Shown here piece after piece: positions 18,448 through 28,268 of a DNA stretch of 42,651 nucleotides. Position 1 is the first letter of the stretch; the number at the start of each line of letters is the position of its first letter. Source of the DNA: Actinomycetota bacterium. Its GTDB lineage: Bacteria > Actinomycetota > Thermoleophilia > Gaiellales > Gaiellaceae. The stretch covers positions 1 to 42,651 of the forward strand of contig JBKPJA010000007.1 of NCBI GenBank assembly GCA_046730515.1, given 5' to 3'. The notes below the pieces were generated by a model. The model had not been told where the DNA came from and did not search any database. It saw nothing but the letters and a program-made list of their open reading frames with translations. The position numbers were made by a program, and so were the translations under genes.

Positions 18448-18962
18448 TCGCCAGCACCTTCAGCGGGGTGCACGACTTCTTCAGCTCCGGGACCTGGGGC
18501 GTGCTCTGGCGGCTGGCGCTATTCGTGCTCGCCCTCTTCTGGCTCAGCCTCGCTTACTGGGTGTACAAGGATTCGCGCCGGCGAGTCGAGGATTCGTTCT
18601 TGGTCTGGACGTCGGTCGCGCTCGGGCTGATCCCGTTCGTCGGGCCGTTGATCTACATGCTCTTCCGTCCGCCGGAGTATCTGGAGGACATCCGCGAGCG
18701 CGAGCTCGAGATCCGCGCGATGGAGGATCGGCTCTCGCGCCGGGACCTGCACTGCCCGGTATGCCGCGCGGAGGTCGGTGCGGACTACCTCGTCTGTCCG
18801 GTGTGCACGACGAAGCTGCGGCAGGCGTGCTCGAACTGCAAGGCGCCGCTCGAAGCGCTGTGGCAGATTTGCCCGTACTGCGAGACCGCGGTCGAGCCTG
18901 CGGCGGTCGGCGAGTTCCCGACGTTCGAAGCACGGCCGAGACGGCGACGGCGCTCTGAGTAG
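18444..18962 (+). CDS. membrane protein with PLDc_N-like two-TM N-terminus and double zinc-ribbon C-terminus
   Basis: The N-terminal region WLSLAYWVYKDSRRR...LIPFVGPLIYMLFRPPE is followed by CPVC..CPVC..CSNC..CPYC. GTG start with GGAAGGA 7 nt upstream. Confidence 0.7.
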   Translation: MIASTFSGVHDFFSSGTWGVLWRLALFVLALFWLSLAYWVYKDSRRRVEDSFLVWTSVALGLIPFVGPLIYMLFRPPEYLEDIRERELEIRAMEDRLSRRDLHCPVCRAEVGADYLVCPVCTTKLRQACSNCKAPLEALWQICPYCETAVEPAAVGEFPTFEARPRRRRRSE

Positions 18963-19057
18963 ACTCCGGCGCTCGTGGCACTCGAGCACGTTACGCGTCC
19001 AAGTTACGCGCGCGAGATCATCGCGGGATGAGTTCCTTCGTCCGCGGGAGCATCTGA

Positions 19058-19477
19058 ATGGCGCTGGAGCGTTCCCTGATCCTCATCAAACCCGACGCAA
19101 TCGAGCGCGGGCTCGCCGGCGAGATCGTCGCCCGCATCGAGCGGCGCGGGTGCACCCTTCGTGCCGGGAAGCTCGTTCTCGTTTCCCGCGACCTCGGCGA
19201 GCGCCACTACGACGAGCACAAGGAGAAGCCGTTCTTCGGCGAGCTCGTCCAGTTCATCACGTCCGGTCCGACGCTCGCGCTCGTCGTCGAAGGCGAGGGC
19301 GCGATCGCGACGCTCCGAAAAACCGTCGGCGCGACGAATCCCGCAGACGCCGAGCCCGGCTCGATCCGCGGCGACCTTGCTCTCTCGATGCCCGACAACC
19401 TCATCCACGCTTCCGACTCGCCGGAGTCCGCGCAGCGCGAGATCGCGCTCTGGTTCTCGGACGATGAGCTCGTCTGA
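19058..19477 (+). CDS. ndk: nucleoside-diphosphate kinase
   Basis: MALERSLILIKPDA.. N-terminus and the catalytic His region NLIHASDS; 139 aa. Confidence 0.95.
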   Translation: MALERSLILIKPDAIERGLAGEIVARIERRGCTLRAGKLVLVSRDLGERHYDEHKEKPFFGELVQFITSGPTLALVVEGEGAIATLRKTVGATNPADAEPGSIRGDLALSMPDNLIHASDSPESAQREIALWFSDDELV

Positions 19478-20231
19478 CCTGCCCGACTACGTCCAGGCGA
19501 ACGTCGCCCACTGGACGAAGACGAACACCGAGTACACAGACGAGGCTGCTCGGAGCTCGTGGGCACAGGAGGAAATCCACTGGGGCGTGTGGCAAGCGCC
19601 CGAATCCGAGCTCAACGTCCTCGGCGACGTCAACGGTCTCGACATCGTCGAGCTCGGCTGCGGTACGGGCTACTTCTCCGCCTGGCTCGCTCGTCGGGGC
19701 GCCCTCGCCGTCGGGGTCGATCCGACGCCTGCACAACTCGAAACGGCGCGTCGGATGCAGCGCGAGACGGGGATCGAATTTCCCTTGATCGAGGCGCCGG
19801 GCGAAGACGTTCCCCTCCCTGATGCGTCATTCGACATCGTGCACTCGGAGTACGGGGCGTCGATCTGGGGCGATCCCTACCGCTGGATTCCGGAAGCTGC
19901 GCGTCTAGCGCGACCGGGCGCGCGACTCGTCTTTTTGCGGAACTCGACCCTTGTCAATTTGTGCATGACGATGGAGGGGATCGGCGAGCAGCTGGTTCGA
20001 CCGCAACGCGACATGAATCGCATCGAGTGGCCCGATACGGGCGAGGTCGAGTTTCACCTATCGCACGGCGAGCTCATCGATCTCCTTCGTGCAAACGACT
20101 TCGAGCTCGAGCGGTTGATCGAGCTGTATGCGCCCGGAGATGCGGAAACCCACCAGTACTACAAGTGGGTTACCGCCGACTGGGCTCGGCAGTGGCCGGC
20201 CGAGGAGCTCTGGACAGCTCGTAAGCGATGA
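19464..20231 (+). CDS. class I SAM-dependent methyltransferase (copy 1)
   Basis: Has motif I VELGCGTGYFS and the post-I region GVDPTP. ATG 19464 overlaps the ndk 3' end by 14 nt. The upstream part of ORF 19161.. is out of frame over ndk and was rejected. Confidence 0.8.
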   Translation: MSSSDLPDYVQANVAHWTKTNTEYTDEAARSSWAQEEIHWGVWQAPESELNVLGDVNGLDIVELGCGTGYFSAWLARRGALAVGVDPTPAQLETARRMQRETGIEFPLIEAPGEDVPLPDASFDIVHSEYGASIWGDPYRWIPEAARLARPGARLVFLRNSTLVNLCMTMEGIGEQLVRPQRDMNRIEWPDTGEVEFHLSHGELIDLLRANDFELERLIELYAPGDAETHQYYKWVTADWARQWPAEELWTARKR

Positions 20232-20986
20232 GCGGCGACCATGTCGCGCGGAATCGGCAGGCCTGGGACCGAGTCAGCAGCGAGTACCAGGCCGAGCACG
20301 ACGAGCAGCTCGGTGTCGACGAGGTCGTCTGGGGCGGCTGGTCGATCCCCGAACGCGAGCTCGGCGTGCTCGAAGACGTGGCGGGCAAGGAGATCCTCGA
20401 GCTCGGCTGCGGCGCAGCTCGCTTCTCGATCAAGCTTGCGCGTCTCGGTGCGCGTTGCGTCGGTGTGGACGTGTCGCCGCGGCAGCTCGAGCATGCACGT
20501 CGGTTACAGGCCGAGACCGGCATCGAGTTCCCACTTGTCGAGGCGAACGCAGAGAACGTGCCCCTTCCGGATGAAAGCTTCGACGTCGTCTTTTGCGATC
20601 ACGGCGGCATGACGTGGGCCGATCCATACCGAACCGTGCCGGAGGCAGCGCGTCTCCTGAGGCCGCGTGGCCTGCTCGCGTTCAACATGTCCAGTCCGCT
20701 TGCCACGATCTGCACGGACGAATCGAGTGACGGCTCAACCGCCGAGTTGAGACGCGACTACTTCGGCATGCACCGAATCGAGGACACAAGCTGGGAGGCG
20801 ATCGAGTTCCAGCTGCCTTATGGCGAATGGATTCGTCTGCTGAGGTCCAACGGCTTCGAGGTCGAGGCGCTGATCGAGCTGAGGCCGCCGCCGAGTGCAA
20901 CGACGACGTACACGGGGTGGGTGCCGCTGGACTGGGCACGGCGCTGGCCGGGAGAGAACATCTGGAAGGCGCGCAAGGTCGCGTGA
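20228..20986 (+). CDS. class I SAM-dependent methyltransferase (copy 2, tandem paralog)
   Basis: Has motif I LELGCGAARFS. It aligns colinearly with copy 1 along its full length (for example ETGIEFPL[IV]EA..E[DN]VPLPD.SFD[IV]V). ATGA overlap with copy 1. Confidence 0.8.
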   Translation: MSGDHVARNRQAWDRVSSEYQAEHDEQLGVDEVVWGGWSIPERELGVLEDVAGKEILELGCGAARFSIKLARLGARCVGVDVSPRQLEHARRLQAETGIEFPLVEANAENVPLPDESFDVVFCDHGGMTWADPYRTVPEAARLLRPRGLLAFNMSSPLATICTDESSDGSTAELRRDYFGMHRIEDTSWEAIEFQLPYGEWIRLLRSNGFEVEALIELRPPPSATTTYTGWVPLDWARRWPGENIWKARKVA

Positions 20987-21576
20987 GCGCGCCCCCTGTG
21001 TCGCCGATCCTGCTCGCTTCGACCTCGCCGCAGCGGCGAGCGATCCTCGAGCAGCTCGGAATCCCATTCGACGTCGTTCCGCCCCGGTACGAGGAGGACG
21101 ACCCGCTCCACGGCGACGCCGTCAAGGTCGTGCGCCGGCACGCGCGCGAAAAAGCCCACTCCCTCGCGGAGGAGGCAGGCGAGCGGCCAGTGCTCGGCGT
21201 CGACACGGCTGTCGTGCTCGGGGGCCGCATCTACGGGAAACCTGAACACGTCGCCGATGCGGAGCAGATGCTCGACGATCTCGGCGGCAGGACCCATCTG
21301 GTCATCTCCGGTCTCTGTTTGGTGACGCCGGGCTGGGAGGTCGTCGAACATGAGTCGACCCGGGTCACGTTCCGCGAACTGACGCCGCGCGACCTTGGCG
21401 CGTACGTGGCGACGAGGGAGTGGGAGGGGCGGGCAGGGGCGTACGCGATCCAGGGCCGTGGCGCCGGCCTCGTCCGGCGGATCGAAGGCGACTACTTGAA
21501 CGTCGTCGGTCTCCCGGCGGCGCTGCTAGTGCGTCTCTTGGCCGAGCACTTCGCCGGCGCGTACGGATTCGGGTAA
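20983..21576 (+). CDS. maf: Maf family nucleoside-triphosphate pyrophosphatase
   Basis: ILLASTSPQRRAILEQLGIPF is the typical Maf N-terminus. GTG 20983 overlaps the upstream stop codon (GTGA). Confidence 0.9.
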   Translation: MSAPPVSPILLASTSPQRRAILEQLGIPFDVVPPRYEEDDPLHGDAVKVVRRHAREKAHSLAEEAGERPVLGVDTAVVLGGRIYGKPEHVADAEQMLDDLGGRTHLVISGLCLVTPGWEVVEHESTRVTFRELTPRDLGAYVATREWEGRAGAYAIQGRGAGLVRRIEGDYLNVVGLPAALLVRLLAEHFAGAYGFG

Positions 21577-21701
21577 GGCGGTTGCTGCGAGCAGCAGTCT
21601 GCGGACTCCTGGCTGCAGCTGTACTGCCGGCAATCGCCTCGGCCGATCAAACGATTCAGCAGCAACTTCCGTTCGACGATGTTCTCGTTAACAGCTGCTA
21701 A

Positions 21702-22829
<1,128 letters not shown>

Positions 22830-22884
22830 CGGCGACATTCTCCGCCGACCGCGCTAGGGCGCCGCTTACGGTGCCGACCTTCAG

Positions 22885-22907
22885 GACGCGCGGCTCGGCC
22901 GCGCGTC
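22885..22907 (+). promoter_or_regulatory. GC-rich intercistronic hairpin between mreB and mreC
   Basis: Perfect 10-bp stem GACGCGCGGC / GCCGCGCGTC with a 3-nt loop. It lies 56 nt after the mreB stop codon. No T tract follows. Confidence 0.4.
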
Positions 22908-23007
22908 CGTCTCAAATGAACCCTTCGACACAATCGAACGGACGAAAGCACGAAATCGCGGATATTGGCCCACCTCGCCGCCCACCGCGATAACCTAGGT
23001 CGCTGCC

Positions 23008-23943
23008 GTGCCTCGCACCCGTAGCAGCAGCGCGGTCCTCGACGCGCCCGTCTCCAGGCCTCGGCCACAGCCGTTTCCTTCGCGTGCGCGCTCGGCGCTC
23101 AAGCGCCGCGCCGTGGTGGGAGTGCTGCTCGTCCTCTCGCTCATTCTGATCTCCGTCTCGTTCCGACAGCCGACGTCGGGCGCGCTGCACGGCATGGAGG
23201 TCGGCGGGGCCACCGTCTTGCGACCGTTCGAGGTCGGGGCCGAGCGGATCGCGCAGCCGTTCCGTGACACCTACGGCTACTTCAGCGGGCTCGTGCACGC
23301 CAAGAGCGAGAACGCGCGGCTGCGCAGGGAGCTCGACCAACTGCGCGCGAGCTACATCCAGGGGCAGACAGCCGAGCAGAAGAACATCGAGTTCCGGAAG
23401 CTGCTCCGCTACCTCGACTCCGCACAGTTCCCGCGCGACTACCTCGCGGTGAACACACGCATCATCGCGCGTGCTCCGAGCGAGTTCGATCAGCAGATCG
23501 AGATCGCCGCCGGTTCGAACGACGGCATCACCGTCAACACGCCGATCGTCACGCAGGACGGGCTCGTCGGTCGTGTCACCGATGTCGGTCCGAGCTTCGC
23601 GCAGGTGCAGCTGATCACCGACCCGGAGAACGCGGTCGAGGCACGTGACCTGCAGAGCGGCGCGATCGGCCTCATCCGCCACGGGCAGGGACAGACGATG
23701 ATCCTCGATCGCGTGCCCAAGTCGCAGGACGTGCAGGAGGGCAACACGATCGTGACGGCCGGCACGCGCTCCAGGCAGTACCCGTCGCTCTACCCGGCCG
23801 ACATTCCGATCGGCCGCGTCATCTTCGTCGGGCAGAACGACACCGCGGACTACAAGCAGGTGCAGGTGCAGCCGTTCGTCGACTTCGGCGCGCTCGACTC
23901 AGTCACCGCCTTGATCCCGCGCAAGGGCGTCAGAAGCCGGTGA
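23008..23943 (+). CDS. mreC: rod shape-determining protein MreC
   Basis: Short basic N-terminus, a single TM (VVGVLLVLSLILISV), a coiled-coil segment and beta-rich C-terminal domains. Its position lies between mreB and mreD. Confidence 0.9.
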   Translation: MPRTRSSSAVLDAPVSRPRPQPFPSRARSALKRRAVVGVLLVLSLILISVSFRQPTSGALHGMEVGGATVLRPFEVGAERIAQPFRDTYGYFSGLVHAKSENARLRRELDQLRASYIQGQTAEQKNIEFRKLLRYLDSAQFPRDYLAVNTRIIARAPSEFDQQIEIAAGSNDGITVNTPIVTQDGLVGRVTDVGPSFAQVQLITDPENAVEARDLQSGAIGLIRHGQGQTMILDRVPKSQDVQEGNTIVTAGTRSRQYPSLYPADIPIGRVIFVGQNDTADYKQVQVQPFVDFGALDSVTALIPRKGVRSR

Positions 23944-24467
23944 CGGCGTACGACTCGGCGAAGGCCGCGGCCCTCCTCTTCGTCGCCGCAATCATCCAGA
24001 TCTCGATTCTCTCAGGAGTGACGGTGCTACACGGCCGGGTAGAGCTCCTGCTTGTCACCATCGTGTGCGTTTCGCTGCTGCGCGGAGCGATGTTCGGCGC
24101 GGTGGCGGGATTCAGCGCAGGACTTGTCGCCGACACCGGTGTATTCGGAATGCTCGGCTTCACGTCGCTGTTGCTGACGCTTGCTGGTTATTGGACCGGA
24201 CGCTACGGCGAGACGACGGGTCGCGACCGCGCGCATGCACCGCTGCTCTCCGTCGCGGTGATCACCGTGCTGTACCAGCTCGGTGCGCTGATGCTGCACT
24301 TCATGCTCGGCCAGGCCGCGCCGGCGCGGCTCGTTCTGTTCGACAGCCTCGCTCAAACGGTGGTCTTGAACGTCCTGCTGACGTGGCCCGTTTACGCCGT
24401 CGTCCGGCGCGTCTTGCGCCGGCCGGAGTGGACGGAGCGCACGCAGGAGGTTCGCCTCCTTGGCTAA
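23940..24467 (+). CDS. mreD: rod shape-determining protein MreD
   Basis: 175-aa polytopic membrane protein. GTGA overlap with mreC, and it overlaps the mrdA start. Confidence 0.8.
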   Translation: MTAYDSAKAAALLFVAAIIQISILSGVTVLHGRVELLLVTIVCVSLLRGAMFGAVAGFSAGLVADTGVFGMLGFTSLLLTLAGYWTGRYGETTGRDRAHAPLLSVAVITVLYQLGALMLHFMLGQAAPARLVLFDSLAQTVVLNVLLTWPVYAVVRRVLRRPEWTERTQEVRLLG

Positions 24468-26460
24468 GCGTGTCCTCTCGCGCTTCCTGCCTCCGGACCC
24501 GAGTGTCGCCGAGCCGTATCGCCTGACGCCGCGGCTTGCGCTCCGAATCGCAGCGCTGGGAGTACTCGCGATCGTCGTCTTCGCTGTCCTGTTCCTCCGA
24601 CTCTGGGCGCTGCAAGTCCTTTCCGGTGCGCAGTACCTCCGCGCAGCGCAGAACAACCAGCTGCGTACGGTGCGGATCCAGGCGCCGCGCGGTCCGATCC
24701 TCGACAGCCAAGGACGGGTGCTCGTCACGAACAACGCCAGCACCGCGGTGCAGATCTGGTCGTCGGATCTGCCGAAGCAACGCCCCGTGCGAGTCCAGGA
24801 GTTGCGGACGCTCGCGCGCGTGCTGAACGTCCCCCTCTGGCAGATCGCGGCAGCGATTCGCAAGCACCGCAACGACCCGCTCACGCCCGTCACCGTCAAG
24901 TACGGAGTCACCCTCGCGCAGATCGGCTACCTCACCGAGCGGGAGGAGAACTTCCCGGGCGTCCACTTCGCGCAGACGTATCTCCGGCAGTACCCGTACG
25001 GCCCGCTGGCGGCGCAGTTGCTCGGCTACGTCGGAGAGATCTCTCCGCCGCAGCTCAAGACGCTCAAGGGCTACCACGCCGGCGATTTGATCGGGCAGGC
25101 GGGCGTGGAGGGGACGTACGACAAGTTCCTGCGCGGAACCGCAGGCGTTGCAACGCTTGTCGTCGACTCGCTTGGCAGGCCGCGGACGAACCTGCGGACG
25201 ATTCGCCTGCCCGCTCCGGGCAACGCGCTCCGTCTGACGATCGACCTGAAGTTGCAGCAAGCCGCGGAACAGGCGCTGCAGATCGGCATGCAGGACGGAC
25301 GCAACTCGGCCTGCACCGGCTGCTGGGCCGCAAACGGCGGCGCGATCGTCGCGCTCGATCCGCGTGACGGCTCGATTCGTGCACTCGCGTCGTGGCCGAC
25401 CTACCATCCGAGCGTCTTCACCGGTCGCGTGTCCGAGCACGCGCTGGCGGCCGAGGGACTTACTCCTGGAACCGCGAAGCGGATGAACTATCCGCTGCTC
25501 GATCGCGCGCTCGATGCGACGTATCCTGCGGGCTCGACGTGGAAGCCGGTCACCGCGTTGGCGGCGATGGAGGAGCACGTGCTCAATCCGTACTCGACGC
25601 TCGCGTGCACCGGCTCGTACAAGGTCGCAGGGCAGACGTTCCACAACTGGGATCCGTTCGCCGACTCGCAGATGACGCTGCCGACCGCACTCGCAGCGTC
25701 GTGCGACACGTACTTCTACCAAGTGGGCTACCGCTTCTACGGCATGCCGGGCCCGCGGCTCGAGGCTTGGGCATACCGCTTCGGTTTCGGCCAGAACACC
25801 GGTGTCGATATCGGTCCGGAGTCGACCGGACTCGTGCCGACACCGGACTGGCGGAAGGCGACCTACACGAAGAAGACGGATCCGTGCTGCTGGCGGATCG
25901 ACCGGCTCTGGAAGCCGGGTGACTCGATCCAGCTCGCGATCGGGCAGAAGGACCTGCTGGTCACGCCGCTGCAGATGGCGCGTTTCTACGCGATGATCGC
26001 GAACGGCGGCAAGCTCGTCACTCCGCACTTCAAGGAGGACGTCGAGCAGGCGCCGGCCAACGGCCAGCGCGGAGCGGTGTTGCCGACCGCGCCGCCCTCT
26101 GCGCCCGAGCCGACGAACGTGGACGCGGCTGCCCTCGCGGTCGTGCGCCAAGGTCTCTATGAAGCAACGCACGCATCGTTCGGGACCTCGACGTCGATCT
26201 TCGGTTCGTTCCCGGTCGCGATCGCGGGCAAGACGGGAACGGCAGAGAAGTTGATCGATCCGGGTGACGGATATCCTCGGTTGTTCGACCAGTCCTGGTG
26301 GTGCGGGTACGGGCCTGCAGACACACCGCAGCTCGTGGTCTGCGCGCTGATCGAGAACGGTGGCCACGGCGGGACTGCCGCCGCCCCGGCGGCGCTGCAC
26401 GTGTTCGAGCAGTTCTTCCACAAGCAAGCGACACAGCAAGGACCTGTGCACTCTGATTAG
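24460..26460 (+). CDS. mrdA: penicillin-binding protein 2 (elongasome transpeptidase)
   Basis: Has an N-terminal TM anchor, the SxxK motif in GSTWKP and the KTG motif in AGKTGTAE. Its position lies between mreD and rodA. Confidence 0.9.
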   Translation: MAKRVLSRFLPPDPSVAEPYRLTPRLALRIAALGVLAIVVFAVLFLRLWALQVLSGAQYLRAAQNNQLRTVRIQAPRGPILDSQGRVLVTNNASTAVQIWSSDLPKQRPVRVQELRTLARVLNVPLWQIAAAIRKHRNDPLTPVTVKYGVTLAQIGYLTEREENFPGVHFAQTYLRQYPYGPLAAQLLGYVGEISPPQLKTLKGYHAGDLIGQAGVEGTYDKFLRGTAGVATLVVDSLGRPRTNLRTIRLPAPGNALRLTIDLKLQQAAEQALQIGMQDGRNSACTGCWAANGGAIVALDPRDGSIRALASWPTYHPSVFTGRVSEHALAAEGLTPGTAKRMNYPLLDRALDATYPAGSTWKPVTALAAMEEHVLNPYSTLACTGSYKVAGQTFHNWDPFADSQMTLPTALAASCDTYFYQVGYRFYGMPGPRLEAWAYRFGFGQNTGVDIGPESTGLVPTPDWRKATYTKKTDPCCWRIDRLWKPGDSIQLAIGQKDLLVTPLQMARFYAMIANGGKLVTPHFKEDVEQAPANGQRGAVLPTAPPSAPEPTNVDAAALAVVRQGLYEATHASFGTSTSIFGSFPVAIAGKTGTAEKLIDPGDGYPRLFDQSWWCGYGPADTPQLVVCALIENGGHGGTAAAPAALHVFEQFFHKQATQQGPVHSD

Positions 26461-26628
26461 CGGCCCTCCCAACGACATCGGCGCGCGTGCTGCCCGCGAT
26501 CACTCGGCGCGTTGCCGCGTCCTCAGTCGCGCCCGTAGCCTCCGGCTACGACCGCTCCCTGCGTCCTTGCATCGCTTGGTGCTCGCGACCGGCCCGCGTA
26601 CCGAGCCCGTTGGAAGGACCGCAGACTA

Positions 26629-27810
26629 ATGGCCGTGGAATACGCACCGAGAACGGAGCTCCGCGCGCGCCGCCGCGACGCGGCAGACGTCGCTGCGTTC
26701 CTCCGCAGGCTCGACTGGATCCTCGTCGCATCGGTGGTCGGGCTCATCGCCTACGGCTTGTGGGCGATCGCCGGCATCACGCGTCACGACGTTCCCGGCA
26801 ACCCGAACTACTACGTCGTGCGACAGGGCGTGTACGTGGCAGTCGGGTTCGTCGCCTTCGTCGCGGTGCTTGCGATCGATCCGGACTGGTATCGCCGGCG
26901 GTGGCGGCCGATCGGCATCGGGACGGCGCTGATGATCGCATTGGTCTTCCTCGCTGGGTCCGCGACTCGCGGCTCGAAGCGCTGGCTTCACTTCGGCTTC
27001 TTCCGGTTCCAGCCGTCGGAGTTCGGGAAGGTGCTCTTCGTGCTCGCGCTGGCCGGCTTCATCGCCGGCCGCACGAAACAGCTCGGTACCTGGCGTACCA
27101 CGTTGCACGTCGTCGGCCTGGCGTGCGTTCCGATCCTGCTCGTGCTCGTCGAGCCCGACGTCGGAACGTCGATGGTGTACGCCGCGGCGCTCGTAGCCAT
27201 CCTCTTCGTCGCCGGCACGCGTTGGTCGCACCTCGCGACTCTCGGCGTCGCCGCTGCTCTCGTCGCCACGCTCGTCCTGTGGGCGGCTCCGGCCGCGGGC
27301 TTCCACGTGCTGCCGGACTACCAGGTCAATCGACTCACCGGGTTCTTCCACCCCTCGAGCGATCCGCAGGGACAGACCTACAACATCATCCAGTCGAAGA
27401 ACGCCGTCGGTGCAGGCGAGCTCAATGGGCGCGGTCCGAACGGCGCGACCCAGACGACGCTGCACTTCCTGCCTGAGCACCACACGGATTTCGTGTTCGC
27501 GTCGCTCGCCGAAGAGCGAGGCTTCGTCGGCGCCTCGATCCTGCTCGCGCTCTACCTGCTCGTCATCTGGCGCGGGATCCGCATCATCGCGGTCGCGCGC
27601 GACGCGTTCTCAGCGATCGTCGCGGGCGGGATCGTGTTCGCGCTGCTGTTCCAGATCTTCGTCAACGTCGGGATGACGATGGGGATCGCGCCGATCACCG
27701 GCATCCCGTTACCGTTCCTCAGCGTCGGCGGCTCGGCGATGATCGCCAACCTCCTTGCGATCGGGATCCTCCTGGCGATCCACGCGCGCGCACGGGCGCC
27801 GCGCCGCTGA
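26629..27810 (+). CDS. rodA: SEDS family peptidoglycan polymerase RodA
   Basis: 393-aa polytopic FtsW/RodA/SpoVE family protein (..HTDFVFASLAEERGF.., ..PITGIPLPFLSVGGSAM..). GGAAGGA upstream of the ATG. Confidence 0.9.
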   Translation: MAVEYAPRTELRARRRDAADVAAFLRRLDWILVASVVGLIAYGLWAIAGITRHDVPGNPNYYVVRQGVYVAVGFVAFVAVLAIDPDWYRRRWRPIGIGTALMIALVFLAGSATRGSKRWLHFGFFRFQPSEFGKVLFVLALAGFIAGRTKQLGTWRTTLHVVGLACVPILLVLVEPDVGTSMVYAAALVAILFVAGTRWSHLATLGVAAALVATLVLWAAPAAGFHVLPDYQVNRLTGFFHPSSDPQGQTYNIIQSKNAVGAGELNGRGPNGATQTTLHFLPEHHTDFVFASLAEERGFVGASILLALYLLVIWRGIRIIAVARDAFSAIVAGGIVFALLFQIFVNVGMTMGIAPITGIPLPFLSVGGSAMIANLLAIGILLAIHARARAPRR

Positions 27811-27891
27811 CGCGGCTCGATCGCCCAAGCGCTACGCGCCCCAGTTACCGGAGGTGCCAACGAGGCCACGATCATTCCCTCGCTTTGGCGA

Positions 27892-28092
27892 TCACGCGGC
27901 TTCGGGAATCGGCCGCAGCTTCGCCCGCCTCGTCTTGATCGCCCGGAGGCGCTGCGTCAGCCGTGCCCACGCCCAGGGCTCGACTTCCTTGTAACGAACG
28001 GCGGACTGGCCGCGCGTCGCCTCCAGGTACTCGAACCAGGCGTCGGCCTCCTCGATCAGTAGCAGCTCGTGGGCTTCTCGTTGTCCGGTCAT
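27892..28092 (-). CDS. hypothetical 66-aa protein
   Basis: ATG preceded by GGGAGGGAGG 4 nt upstream. Genome-typical codon bias. I recognise no family. Divergent from rne. Confidence 0.5.
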   Translation of the reverse strand: MTGQREAHELLLIEEADAWFEYLEATRGQSAVRYKEVEPWAWARLTQRLRAIKTRRAKLRPIPEAA

Positions 28093-28268
28093 GAGGCCTC
28101 CCTCCCGCTCTGCCGATGGGCCGAAGGGTAGGTCCGGCCTCGGACGGCAGAGGCCCCGGTCAGCCCGTTGCTACCCTTAGGTCAGATGTACCTCTCTGAC
28201 AGCTACGACCTGCCGCGCGCGCTCTGCGTCACGTTCGCGAGCGCCGGCGCGCAGGAAGGAGTTTCCCT
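28093..28268 (+). promoter_or_regulatory. rne upstream/leader region with nested stems
   Basis: 176-nt spacer with lower GC than the flanking genes. Stems include CTGCCG...CGGCAG enclosing GGCCG...CGGCC, and GTCAG...CTGAC. GGAAGGAG lies 8 nt before the TTG start. A regulatory role is inferred only by analogy to E. coli rne autoregulation. Confidence 0.3.

Noticed and set aside
18990-19050. Short direct repeats upstream of ndk (GTTACGCG twice at 18990 and 19003; CGCGGGA twice near 19022-19050).
   Set aside because: Repeats of 7-8 nt in GC-rich DNA are within chance expectation. There is no dyad symmetry and no second locus with the same motif in the window.
24301-26478. A 725-aa minus-strand ORF, plus similar long antisense or alternate-frame ORFs (for example 1093..2184, 6122..7108, 13740..15158, 30728..31894, 40445..41674).
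   Set aside because: Each lies opposite or out of frame over a gene with strong family motifs. Their translations are Arg/Ala/Pro/Gly-rich low-complexity sequence with no recognisable domains. This is the expected artefact of about 70% GC DNA with few stop codons.
27819-27893. Long-range 13-bp imperfect inverted repeat GATCGCCCAAGCG / CGCTTTGGCGATC between rodA and the convergent 66-aa ORF, considered as a bidirectional terminator.
   Set aside because: It has one mismatch, a loop of about 50 nt and no T tract, and the 3' arm overlaps the small ORF stop codon. This is too weak to annotate.
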